From contig CDRNST010000051.1 in assembly GCA_977016875.1 (NCBI GenBank), positions 434,001-498,000 of the forward strand: a stretch of 64,000 nt of DNA, in the 5' to 3' direction. Below are positions 1-11,495 of this stretch, one piece after another. The stretch comes from Pavona decussata (Eukaryota). Each line of letters opens with the position of its first letter. The first letter of the stretch is position 1. Under the pieces are notes generated by a model. That model did not search any database, was not told the DNA's origin, and saw only the letters and a program-made list of their open reading frames with translations. The translations under genes were made by a program, and so were the position numbers.

Positions 1-278
1 ACATCTGGTAAAGCGTCATATTCACAAATCAAACCAACTTTCAGGCCTCCATCTTCACCAGTTTCAGCACGAAAAGCGGTATCCAAAGTGTAATGGGGCG
101 TCACATCGAAACCGTTCGCGGCTAAAAACTCCGTGAGTTGATCGTGAGCATATTTCTCTTTGAAACACAACTCTGGGTTCGCCCATATTCTTTTGTTGAG
201 ATCATACAAATTTGTAGAATAAGCATCGATCCCTTCTTTTGCTTTCTGTTTCAAGATCTCGGCCTGACTACTCGCCAT
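1..278 (-). CDS. PM20D2: Peptidase M20 domain-containing protein 2-like, copy A, exon 1 (gene runs off the window)
   Basis: ATG at 278 reads MASSQAEILKQKAKEGIDAYSTNLYDLNKRIWANPELCFKEKYAHDQLTEFLAANGFDVTPHYTLDTAFRAETGEDGGLKVGLICEYDALPDV, paralogous to exon 1 of copies B and C. Confidence 0.88.
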   Translation of the reverse strand, partial: MASSQAEILKQKAKEGIDAYSTNLYDLNKRIWANPELCFKEKYAHDQLTEFLAANGFDVTPHYTLDTAFRAETGEDGGLKVGLICEYDALPD

Positions 279-495
279 TTTCTCCGAAATACTTGGCACC
301 CGTGACCCTTGGCATAAATGCGCTCTTCTGATTGGTTGGATATTTATGGCTTCTAGACGCATGACAATCGCGTGACAAACTTCGTGCACGCAATGACAAG
401 TTTGGCTTAGGCCCACAGTTGCTTTTAATAGCCAAAAGACATATTTGAATTGATGGAATCGTCAAAATAATGGCTCAGTTTTGTTAACAATTGTT

Positions 496-1265
496 GGCTT
501 CACACTACAAGCTAAGTTAGTTTCAAGTACGCACTTGATTCAAGTGCACTTGAAAATCTCAAGTCGCACTTTATAGAAAACTTGGCTTCACACCTGGTGA
601 CAAAGTATACACGTGAAGCACAAGCTGTCAATCATCGTTCGCGGTAAAATCAGAAATGGGACTGCTCGCCGGAAAATCATGAATCCTTTACAACGGAAAA
701 ACGTTTTGTGTTGTTAACTCTTTATTTTGTCTTTAATTTTAACTCAGAGAGTTTTAACATTACAGGAAATGCATAGGTACTTCATTGTTTACGAGTACTT
801 GGCGACAAAACAAAAGAACAAGCGACATCTTCTGAACTGAAAATCGATGGTTCAGGCTGTCCATAAAGATGAAATTCAAATAAGATCGTAAGTTTAAATC
901 GGCTTTTCCTTCTTTTTTATGTTTACTTACAAAAAAGACTGTTCCATGGAGTCCTCAAAATGCGAGGCGTATTTCCAACCATCCATTTTGATTTTTTTTT
1001 TTTTAATTAATTTTAGTTCACGGCAAAATGTTTATCTGTCCTGGCACCGCAGCACGTGGCTTTCAATTGGTTTCCCTTTCCCTATTGGTCAAGTACGTTC
1101 TCAAGTGTGGTGTTGGCCATACTTGGCGGCGTACTTCGGCTTCTTTGAACTGCGAAAGTTTCCATGGTCACTAAGTAAAGTTCAAGTTGGTAGGTTTTAC
1201 CCCTTCACACTCAAAGTAGGTTTCAAGTGCACTTAGATTATACTTACAAGCTCTAGTGTGAAGCC
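496..1265. mobile_element. Non-autonomous DNA transposon (MITE), PIF/Harbinger-like ends
   Basis: TIR GGCTTCACACTA..TAGTGTGAAGCC with TCAAGTGCACTT subterminal repeats. Confidence 0.6.
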
Positions 1266-1591
1266 CCCTAATAGCCTTACTCATGCACAGAAACTAGCAT
1301 TAATTTAATATGTTTGGCTGAAATTGCTAGGACGGGATCGGGAATAGATTGCAACTTGAAAAAATGGCTAACTTTTTCAAGTTCTTCCTGAGTATCCCAG
1401 AAAAGTCTCTAAAAACTGATTAGCACTTGTTCTTCCTCGGATAAATTCTTTACTGTTTTCTTCATGGTGCTCTAACAGCAATTTCATGTCAGAAAAAAGG
1501 GTTCTTTGTCAAATATAATGAGCAGTTTTGACCAAAATACAGCAAAATCGGCGCAGGGGCACCCAGGCAACGGATCGTTTCGGTAAATTAT

Positions 1592-1836
1592 CTGGCTCCA
1601 GTTGTTCAAAGGCCGGATAACTTTATCCAGTGGATAAGTCACTATTCGAGAGTTTCAATCTATGCAAATATTTCAGTGTTTCCTCTTGTACAAGCGAGTA
1701 TGCATACTCCAACCTCAGTTAAGTTTGGTAGTGTACCAAAACCTTGGACAACGTTTAACGTGAAGTATATTTTAGACCCTGAATAGTGCCTTATCCAGTG
1801 GATAAAGTTATCCGTCCTTTGAACAACTGGGGCCTG
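1592..1836. mobile_element. MITE with ~55-bp TIRs
   Basis: ctggctccagttgttcaaaggccggataactttatccagtggataag is inverted as cttatccagtggataaagttatccgtcctttgaacaactggggcctg. Confidence 0.8.
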
Positions 1837-2037
1837 TTCAGAAGGCCCTTAATCCCCTACAATTTTCTAAAGAGAATTTTCAAGTCCATCGTTTGTGATA
1901 TGGGAAATTGAAGGCTTGTTTTTTTCGGAATGATAAAAATGTGGTTACAGGTACCGAAGAAAGGTCAGCTGAGATTTTCGGAAAGGAAATAAGACCTAAG
2001 GTTCCGATAAGGTTTTCAGGGAATGGATAAAAATGCC

Positions 2038-2280
2038 CGGGGGCCTGTTTCTCGAAAGTCCCGGTAACTTATCGGCCCGGTAAGTATATTTTAAAATGTT
2101 TTTTTCGCCAATTACACAGCTATTACAGACATGGCACTTGGCCAATGTGTTTATAGAATTATGAAATTTTAAATTTAGTATTAAAGCTAACAAAAATTGG
2201 CTTCTGTTAAGTCAAATTTTTCACTTAAGACACTTATCGGGCCCGGTAAGTTACCGGGACTTTCGAGAAACGGGCCCCTG
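2038..2280. mobile_element. MITE, copy 1 of a family also at 5503-5748
   Basis: TIR ggggcctgtttctcgaaagtcccggtaactta..taagttaccgggactttcgagaaacgggcccctg; internal sequence shared with copy 2. Confidence 0.8.
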
Positions 2281-2559
2281 GTTATTTCGAAAAGACTCAA
2301 GTTTCGCTAAAATGACCGAACAGATAAAAATATTATAGCGCGGCCTGAAATGAACCTAGAGAGCTTTAAAAGCACTCCACATAGCCTAAAATGGTGTTTC
2401 AAAGGATTTAAGAGAAAACTGTCGTTGGGTGACCCTCACAGAATCGCCGTTACAGTGCCCCTTCAAGTTCTACTTTGCAGACTTTGCCGCATCCTTCTGA
2501 GTAAAGAGTTTGAAAAAGGCGCACCTCATCGCATTTCCTGTTCACCTAGGTGAAGCCGT

Positions 2560-3469
2560 TCAAAACCTCCCGCCTGGAAACCCTCGACTGATTCTTGAAG
2601 AAGACCGTTGAAAATGTAATGGAAAACTTTTGCAAGCCATGCTAACCCTCGGGTACAGTTGGAACTGTGTCCAGTCAAACATTATTATCAATAAAAATGA
2701 TTCTCGATAGTTTGAAAGCTCTTAAACAGCTGTTACAGGAGTTGACTCCAAGCCACGAAATTGACCTGCACGCTTGCCTCACCGTTCAAGTAGAAAATTT
2801 ACACGCAGTGGGTCACTTTAAGGAACAGTTTTCCACTTTGCTACAGTATGCGCGAAATTTGGCAAATATTGTCTATGAGAGTACCAAGAGGGCTGTACAG
2901 TGGGCCGCATACTACTTCACACACCAGAAGTCTTACTATCCCATTGCCCCTCAAGCACCTCCACTCAATGCCCTTCCACGGATAAGTCACCTTGGTCCGG
3001 CCAGAAAATTGAATGAAAGAGAGCGGGAAATCATATTAGACTGGGCAGCAAACAACGGTAAAGCTGTCAGGCAAAGAACAGTGCACCAGAAAACCACCAA
3101 GTTCAAGGCAGGTACCCTCCCGCTCAACATTTATGCCGCCTCATGGAAACCAACGGAGAAGAGTAGGTTTGGCAAAAAAGTTCTGGATTGTCCTGCCAGC
3201 GATACGGAAAGTCCTTCAGAGACGCATTCTGAAAAAACAAGAAGCAACTGAACCAGACTTTTCCAAAAGGAGGTGAGATGGAGTTAGAGTGCCAAACATC
3301 AGAGCAAGGTAACGAGGACTTGGAAATCAATCACCAGACTGATGAGTACGACACCGACTCTGATAGTGAGCTTCTCCCTGTGAGTGACCATGATGATGAG
3401 ACGGTGTTTCTCCACGCCGTAACAACTCGCAGTGGAAGAACTGTTAAAGTAACATCAAAACTCTTTTAG
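2560..3469 (+). pseudogene. Degenerate intronless, probably transposon-derived ORF fragment
   Basis: ORFs 2667-3251 and 3278-3469 read like one broken protein with an acidic C-terminus and VTTRSGR; no clear start; sits among repeats; family not recognised. Confidence 0.4.
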
Positions 3470-3591
3470 GTGTATCCGTGATGAATGCACCTTATTTCTT
3501 TTTAGTCCTTTGATCTCCTTTTTACAAAAAGGTGTCATCGAGTAAATAAAACATTGGATGAAAACATTGCATGAAATAGGAAGGAAATTCA

Positions 3592-3662
3592 CAACCTCGT
3601 TCCCAGGGTCTCTCCTCTGCACGTCCCAGGGAGTGAGAGAAGAGACCCTGGGAACGAGGTTG
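3592..3662. mobile_element. 71-bp hairpin MITE with 9-bp TSD
   Basis: caacctcgttcccagggtctct..agagaccctgggaacgaggttg flanked by ggaaattca on both sides; same family at 37593-37668. Confidence 0.85.
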
Positions 3663-3894
3663 GGAAATTCACAATGTTAAGGTTTTCAAAAACCGCAAGA
3701 TCTTTTTAACTTTCACGTTAATCACCGTGAAGCATGAAATGGGAATATTAATTACGGTGATGCGTTCTTTAACATATTTAATAGGCGTGTTCAGTAAAAA
3801 CCAGTGATAAACTGTGTTTGCAAGGACCACCGTGACAAAATAAAAGTACCGGGTCCTGTAGTGAAGGATCTAATCAGCAAAACAATTGTAAAGC

Positions 3895-4697
3895 AAATAA
3901 TCTAAAAAAAGAGAGCAAGGCAGGGGCGTAGCGTCCATATACACACGTACGCCCGTGCGTACAGCTGAGACCTGAGAAAAAAAATTTTCTCTTTAAATTT
4001 GCTGGGTAATAATTTCATATTTTCACATTATACTGGCGTTTTTTATTAGAATTCCCATTATCCAAGCATTAATCATTCAGTGCTGGCAACTAATAACTAT
4101 TACGATGACGGACGAAAGATATAGCTTCCTAGCTAACCTTCATATACATAAACATAAGAACGTGGATCTTAACAGGTTGGTAAAGGAGTTTGCCCGTCTT
4201 AAGGGTCGACGCCTCGCCCTCTGCTTGTGACCTGTCTTCATTGTTTTTGTATTTTTTTTTTCTTTTCGGCACACTGTAGCTTACAGAAAACACTAGGGAA
4301 ATGGTGAAAATAAACAACTTTCTACTTCAGTTTTGTCGCAATATTTATTGAAAATGCCCCGCAGAACAACCAGGAGATGGCATTTCTGAAACCCTAAATT
4401 TCAAAATTTTCGGGGGGAGCATGCCCCCAGACCCCCCTAGTTGTAAGCGCCAAAGGCGCTTACGAAAAATTTATTCTCGTGCGTACATCTTCAAAATCCC
4501 ACGCTACGCCCCTGCAAGGCTGATTTCACGGTCAGGGAAGTATATTTTCCAATATTTCGAAAGGCACGGCCTTTCTTCTTCAGGGTATGTTTGAGACTCA
4601 AACATACCCTGAAGAAGAAAGGCCGCGCCTTTCGAAATATTGGAAAATATACTTCCCTGACCGTGAAATCAGCCTTGCTCTCTTTTTTAGATTATTT
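3895..4697. repeat. ~100-bp foldback (left arm interrupted by a MITE) with hammerhead-like core, Penelope-end-like
   Basis: 3895-3920 plus 4515-4595 is the reverse complement of 4597-4697; the arm contains CTGAAGA-agaaaggccgcgcctttc-GAAA. Confidence 0.7.
3921..4514. mobile_element. MITE with 14-bp TIR and 5-bp TSD, nested in a foldback
   Basis: caggggcgtagcgt..acgctacgcccctg flanked by CAAGG on both sides. Confidence 0.85.
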
Positions 4698-5502
4698 AAT
4701 AGGCGTGAACCGTTCGAAGGAGCGCCCCCCCCCCCCCCAACGGCCCCTTTTGAACAGGTCGTTCAACATTGTTGAAAGTGTAAAAAAAAATGAAAACTTG
4801 TTGAAAGCGTGTTGAATCGACTTTAAAATGATTTAAACTTTTACTCAACATCCATGAAACATTCAAGAAATTGCCCCCTGGTCATTCCTGCTCTATGCAA
4901 TGCGGCCTTTCTCCGTAAACACGTGCATCCCCAAGCCCAGGTACTCACTACACTACCCAACGTATGTACAAACTCAGAGGCTTGACACTCGAAAGTACCA
5001 CTGAGGCACTGTATAAACGTATATCAGAGAACATTCCACACATTTTTATTATTATTCATTATTTTTTTATTTTTAAAACATTGTCATTATGTCTGTTATG
5101 TACCTACTGTAGTGACTAATAATGCTTTTGGTGTTGAGTTCAGAATTTAAGGCATGTGCTACACTAGGCAAATAGAAAGCATAATATTGTTGTGTGCACT
5201 TACATGTATATGCATTTAAATATCTAATCAGGGTTTGTTCCCTTTCACAGAAAAAAAAAAACTCTGCAGGACCTTTGAAGGCCTGGTTTGAAGGACTTTG
5301 CCATATTTTCCATTGGCTTTATACCAAAAGGGGTAGTGGAGACAGGGGTTTAAAAGGGTTTAGTTTTCAAGCCATTTTGGTCTCTAAAGGGGTATAAATT
5401 TTAACAATTTTGGTCTTTAGTCTGAAAAATAAGCATGGATTTCATAGAAATGGCTATGGACTTTAGAAACCAGCCCTGAAAATGGGTACAAATTTTAGAG
5501 GC

Positions 5503-5748
5503 CAGGGGCAAGTTTCTCGAAAGTCCCGGTAACTTACCGGGCCCGATAAGTATACTTTTTTAATGTTTTTTCGCCGATTACACAGTGATTACAGACGTGG
5601 TACTTGGCCAATGTTTTCACAGAATTATAAGATTTTAAAATTTAGTATTCAAAGCTAAGAAATATTAACTTCTGTCAAGAAACTTTTATCACCAAAGACA
5701 CTTATCGGGCCCAATAAGTTACCGGGACTTTCGAGAAACGGGCCCCTG
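5503..5748. mobile_element. MITE, copy 2 of the 2038-2280 family
   Basis: Same TIRs and internal sequence. Confidence 0.8.
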
Positions 5749-6010
5749 GTCTGAAAGAGGGTACTAGTAAATGACATATTTTAATCTCAAATAGGGTCAG
5801 GGTTTGAAGCCCAAGCTGCACATCACCACCCCTAGGCTTCAAACCTACCTACCTACCTACCTACCATACAAAATCTTAAAAACTGCCCCCAGTTTGGTTT
5901 GTTCTTTATAAAAAAGAAAATCATATCAGGTTTAGTGAAATTACAAAGTTTCCTAAAAATCCTTTTTAAACTTGGGGACATACAACAACCCAAAGTTCCA
6001 AAGCATTTAA

Positions 6011-6371
6011 GGACGTTGCCTATTTTTGTTACTGTGCATACGTTTTGTGCATCTCGAGATACTCGGGTTTCCTATGGGTGGTGCCTACTAATACAGGGAT
6101 ATTTTTGCATGGTTTAAAACTATGCGGAGAAAGCAGAATATAGCAAGTGCTCTTGGTATCCAAAAAGAAAATTGGGGATAGCCATGCATTTTTCAGAGAT
6201 AAAAAAGCTTCAATTTTGAACAAAACGCTATACATTTCTTTGTGTTTTACTGTTTTAATGCGTGGTTACCCCCAAATTTCTTTTTGGATTTCAATAGCCA
6301 TTGCTAAGATCTGCTTTCCCCTCATAGTCATAAACCAAACAAAAATACTTCTTTGTTAGTAGGCACCATCC
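6011..6371. mobile_element. TTAA-flanked MITE (Kolobok-like)
   Basis: TTAA|ggacgttgcctat..gtaggcaccatcc|TTAA; related fragment near 23100-23230. Confidence 0.7.
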
Positions 6372-6492
6372 TTAATTAGATTATAGACTGTGAGTAGTCT
6401 CTCTTTTGCTGGCAACCTGTCACAGCAAAGTTCATTACTCTGCTCAAGGAAAGTTTGAAGCCTGAATTTTATTTTTTGTGAGAGTTAATCTG

Positions 6493-9400
6493 TCACTCAT
6501 TATTTTTAAAGTCATTCCGCACTTTGCCAATCAAATTAGGATTACACAGCACATCAATAGCTGTCATAGCCAATGCCTTGCTAGCAATCAGAGTCTTCTT
6601 GTTAGCCAGTTCTGTTGCTGCAGCTGTTGTGAACGAATGCGAATGATTGGGAGCTGTCGTTCCAATAGAATACATGGGATGGATTGAAGGAACCACGTGT
6701 GAAACATTACCCATATCAGTAGAGGCTACTAGATCTGTGCCAGGAACAAATTTGACTCCCAACATTTCTGCATTTGCTTGGTATAGATCTGCCAGGGTGT
6801 TGTTGGAATCCAGGTTTGAGTAACTGTTTGGACCCCATTCAATACTGACTTTACAACCTGAAAGAATCAGGAAAAAGGCATTACATAGTAAAATAGTCAC
6901 CATACCATAAACACACTTGTCTATATGAGTCAATGACCTCCTTTCAGGTTCAAATGAGTTTTTCAAAATATTATCAATAGATTTTTTGTTAAACACTTAT
7001 CATGACTGGTCCCTTGAGGGAAACAAAATTAACTGTTTCCCTCAAGGGAACAGTCATTAAGTTATTTGTTATATAGCACAACAAAGATATAAAATAGATC
7101 AAACATGGTCTAGAGTCATTTCTTCTTATCTGTTCAAAAGGGGTGGAGTACACCCAGCACTACCAACCCAACAAATATTGCCCTGTCAAGCCACTGAGTG
7201 ACACGTTATTTCTTAGTGTATTATTATTTTTCTCTTACTTTGTACCTATTATTTGTCCACCCCCATGTACCTACCTTAACCAACCTACACTGTACCTACC
7301 TATGTAGCTAAACCCGCACCCAATAGATGTAAAAAGATTCCATGAGATGTAATGAAACAATCAACATTATTTTACTTCTTACCAGTAGCTGTTGCTGCTG
7401 CTTCAAAGCAACCTGTGACCTTTTCACGTAATTCTTTAAGCTCCTTGTCAGTTGGCGCTCTGAGATAATAAATGAGCTGAGCACGATCAGGAATTATGTT
7501 AGGCTTCACACCCCCCTCTGAGATGACACCATGTACACGCCATGTGGGCTTCATCTGTTGTCGTAATACACTTATGCTGGTATACGCTATGACTACTGCA
7601 TCCAAGGCATTGATTCCTTCCCAGGGAAATGCAGCAGCATGGGAAGAATGGCCTTTGTAGGTGACGGTGACTTTGTCACGAGCTAAAATTGTTGGTTTTA
7701 GAACATCTACTGGAGAAGCATGAACCATCATACAGAAATCTATATCTTTGAAGCAGCCATTGTTAATCATCAAAATCTTGCCCCCTCCTCCTTCCTCTGC
7801 AGGAGTCCCAAAAACAACGATTTTCATTTTTGGCTTCTCATTGACTGCCTCCAAAGCAATCTTAAGACCTGCAAAGATAAACTAGGTCAAGGAAAACAAG
7901 TAAAGAGCTGATGAGAACCTAACAAAAAAAGGGATTTCAGTCTTCTGAACAGAGACAATTTGTGGAAGCTTTCTAATGCTTAGTGATTAGTAAGCAACTT
8001 TTATTTAAGAAAAAAATCCTTTGAATTTTCACATGTAAAGATAACCATATGTCTCTGTACAGATCCTATTACAATAAAAATAATGGTTATGCATCATCCA
8101 TCTCCAGGCTGACCTCACGGCATTAGTATTTTTTGAAAAAAATTATATTGGCAAATACCCCAGAGCATGGACAAACAAGCTGGTCTAATGACCCATGGTG
8201 CAGTTTAAAAAAAAAATACATTGACTTCTTCATTTCAGGGTTTACTGTTATTTCAATAAAAGCTTATTCACACCAAACTACAGCAGTCTCAGATAAGTCC
8301 TGTTTGTCTGAAATTTGGCAGTGGCCTTTCATTTTGTGGATCTTCCATCTCATTTACATCCTCCTCAGATGAAGTTAATCAAGATATTTAGTGTCTTTGC
8401 TGATGAACTTATCATTGAAACAAAGTGACAGTATTGTGAGGTGAAAATCATGAGGAAGTTGAATGCCCTGGGGTAGTCTAATGCCTGATCCCTGGGGCAG
8501 ACGGTGTCGAAAAATACCCCACAAATGCCCAAGGGGGAAGAAGGGCCATGCTGGATTTGAATGATGCATTATTTATTATTTAAAAGCCACTCCTAAAGCC
8601 CTGGTCAAACAGCGTATGATAGTTGATGAAAGTTGATCATAGTCACAAGCATCATCGACTACTATCAACTATCAAGCAGGAAGTCAAATGGCTTAAAAAA
8701 CTCATGCTGAGCCGATAACAGTTTTCCATGAGCATCTCGTGTTGGGCACCTGCTGAGTGTAAACATCACAAACATTGCATTGCGTCAACTTACAAAACTT
8801 TACACGGATGAATTTTTGTGGCGGAAGAGGGTGGCAGCCCGCTTCATTTTCCATCAGTTGTTGGAAGAACTAGCGGAAAATGAATCTTGAGAGTTCTGGT
8901 GGCGAAAACAGCTGACCGAAAAACTATCATCAACTATCATGAAGAAGTTGAACACGCTCAAAGTAAATGATAGTCGATGATAGCACTTGATATAGTTGGT
9001 GGTCAAACGAGTGCGCGAGTTTTAACTTTCATCGACTATCATCAACTGTCATTGACTATAATGCGTCGTTTGACCAGGGTTTATTAAAACCCTGAGGTAC
9101 CTGTATTTTAAAAGACCAAGCAGATCATTTTACCCTCGAGTTTTCAAAGCAAGGAAGGTGTTTACCTAAAGCAGCTGCTACACCTGACTCAGCGATGAGA
9201 TTGTGTCCACACGCATGTCCCACCTCTGGTAAAGCATCATATTCACAAATCAAACCAACTTTCAGACCCCCATCTTCACCAGTTTCAGCACGAAAAGCGG
9301 TATCCATAGTGTAATGGGGGGTCACCTCGAAACCGTTCGCAGCTAAAAACTCCGTGAGTCGATCGTGAGCATATGTCTCCTTGAAAGCTAGCTCTGGATT

Positions 9401-9499
9401 CTCCCATATGCATCTGTTAAGAGCATACAGTTCAGAAGAATAAATATCGATCGCTTCTTTTGCTTTCTGCTTCAGTATTTTCACCTGATTATCCGCCAT
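6493..9499 (-). CDS. PM20D2: Peptidase M20 domain-containing protein 2-like (Xaa-Arg/beta-Ala-Lys dipeptidase family), copy B, 3 exons, ~394 aa
   Basis: Exons 9166-9499, 7383-7868, 6493-6857 with GT-AG phase-1 introns, total 1185 nt; motifs EYDALPEVGHACGHN, GTPAEEGGGGK, PWEGINALDA, GGVKPNIIP, STDMGNVSHVVPSIHP. Confidence 0.93.
8597..9081. mobile_element. MITE (Harbinger-like) in PM20D2-B intron 1
   Basis: agccctggtcaaac..gtttgaccagggtt with repeated gatagttgatga/actatcatcaac subterminal motifs. Confidence 0.7.
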
Positions 9500-11495
9500 T
9501 TTTATCGAAAGAGGCCCTTGGGGGCCATTGGGTGACCTCACGTGACCCCACGTGAAAAGCCGCGTTCTCGTTCCGTGGCGCTAACCAGAAGGGACGCGGC
9601 TCATTATCTCCGCTGTTGTAATACATGCAAAATATTGAACACACGGTGGACTGGCTGGTCCAGAGGTATGTTCTAATTAAAAGATCTTTAAAGTATCTTT
9701 GTTTGCAATTTAGCATGATGATTTTTCATGGCTACAGTTTAAATTATGCAATCAGTTAAGTATTTACAGGCCTTAAACAAGCTCATTCCTCATTCTTTTT
9801 TTTTTTTTTTTTTGAAGTTCTAGCCAGCTTTATACAGCTTTTTTGGAGATATTAATATTTATAGCAGAAGAAAACATCATTTTTTAAATGCCCCTTTTTA
9901 AAAAGGCATCCAGTTATCAAGTGTTGGTTGATTTTCATTTGACAGTTGGTCTGTAATGTCTGTAATTAACAGTCAATTAATGAGGGGAGTTGTTCTTCAC
10001 AATCGCCTTCTGTTCTTAGTTTACAGATGGAGTGAGACAAAGTGGACATCACATGTGAACTAACAGCAAGGAGGAACAATGGATCAGCATGTGGACCAGA
10101 TAACTTTTTTTTGCAACATGAAAACGAAAAACACCAGTTTTGGAATTATGCTAATTACATGCATGGGTAGTATAGTACATCCACTCAACGAATAATCCTG
10201 AAAGCAATCGGGCTGTATGGTTTGATTTAACTGGTCAGGACTGCAAACAGAACAGAAAATAGTAAGTATTCAGTGTCAATATGAAACAAGGTGTTTTAAA
10301 CTTACTTGTTGTCCCGGGGAGGGGGGAGTGGTACTCCTCGAATTATTGGGAATTTATGATTACCAAAACAAGTTTCAATTTTTTTTAAAGCATGGTGACT
10401 GATTGACATTGTGAGTCTGTGTTTACTGTTGAATGGGTAAATCATCTTTTTTACAAAAAAAGTTTCAAGTTTTTTAAAGTTAAGTATGACATCACCCATT
10501 CAAACAGTATACACAGACCCACAGTGTTGACCAGTCTCATGTTTTAAAAAAACTTGAAACATTTTAAGTAAATCATAAATTGAATTAGTAAACTCACAGA
10601 CTAACAAAACCTATCAGTTTTGAGCTCTCATTTAGTAAAAATGCTACATTTTAACAGTCTTTTCTTATTTTTTTTTTCTTTTTAAAATTGAGTGCAGTTA
10701 TATAACAATATTTTTATTGTGGAATTAATAAGAGGAAATCTGACTCTTGACTGACCTTCCGCATACTGCTCAGATGCTCTAACTGTAAAGCCATACTGAC
10801 TCATGGTGGGCTACAATAATCAGGCCATTTACCAACTTCAAACCAGTGACATCAACTTGTGTTTTATTATTTTTATTTTTTTCATTTATTTTTAAATTGT
10901 TTTGCACTTTTTTCATCATAACAGTCTAACTATGAACATTACAATATATTAACAAGCTAAAAATACACAAAATAATGAAAAGGTAAGATGTGCGCTGTGA
11001 CCAAAGTAGCCTAGGCTTTTGGGTTGGTCAGTGCCACTTGCAATTAACTGGTGTAGACATTAAACATAACTATATGACTGAGAAACAGGAAAAAAATAAA
11101 AGTGCAAAACAACGCTGCATTCTGCTGGGATCAGCAATGTTGAAGCCATTCTATGGGACTATAAAGAAAGAAAGATAATATGTTTGCCAACCTTAATAAG
11201 TAAATGGTTATCTTATAGTGGCGTTTATAAAGTTCACTCTTCTGTTGAAAAATCTCTAATTAAAATTAAGCTGTTGTGTTGTAAATGTTCTTTTGGTACT
11301 CCTGCAACATCTATAAAATAAATAGTTAACATAGAAAAATATGCACAGCCCCATCATCAAAAATTATTAATTAAAAATCATCATTAATTAAAAATATTAA
11401 GAAATGTGCTGGCACCTATGTACATCCCATAATTTAAGCTGCTACCTGTTTATCAAATCCATACTTTGCTAATGAGTAACTGTTGTCACTTGTTG

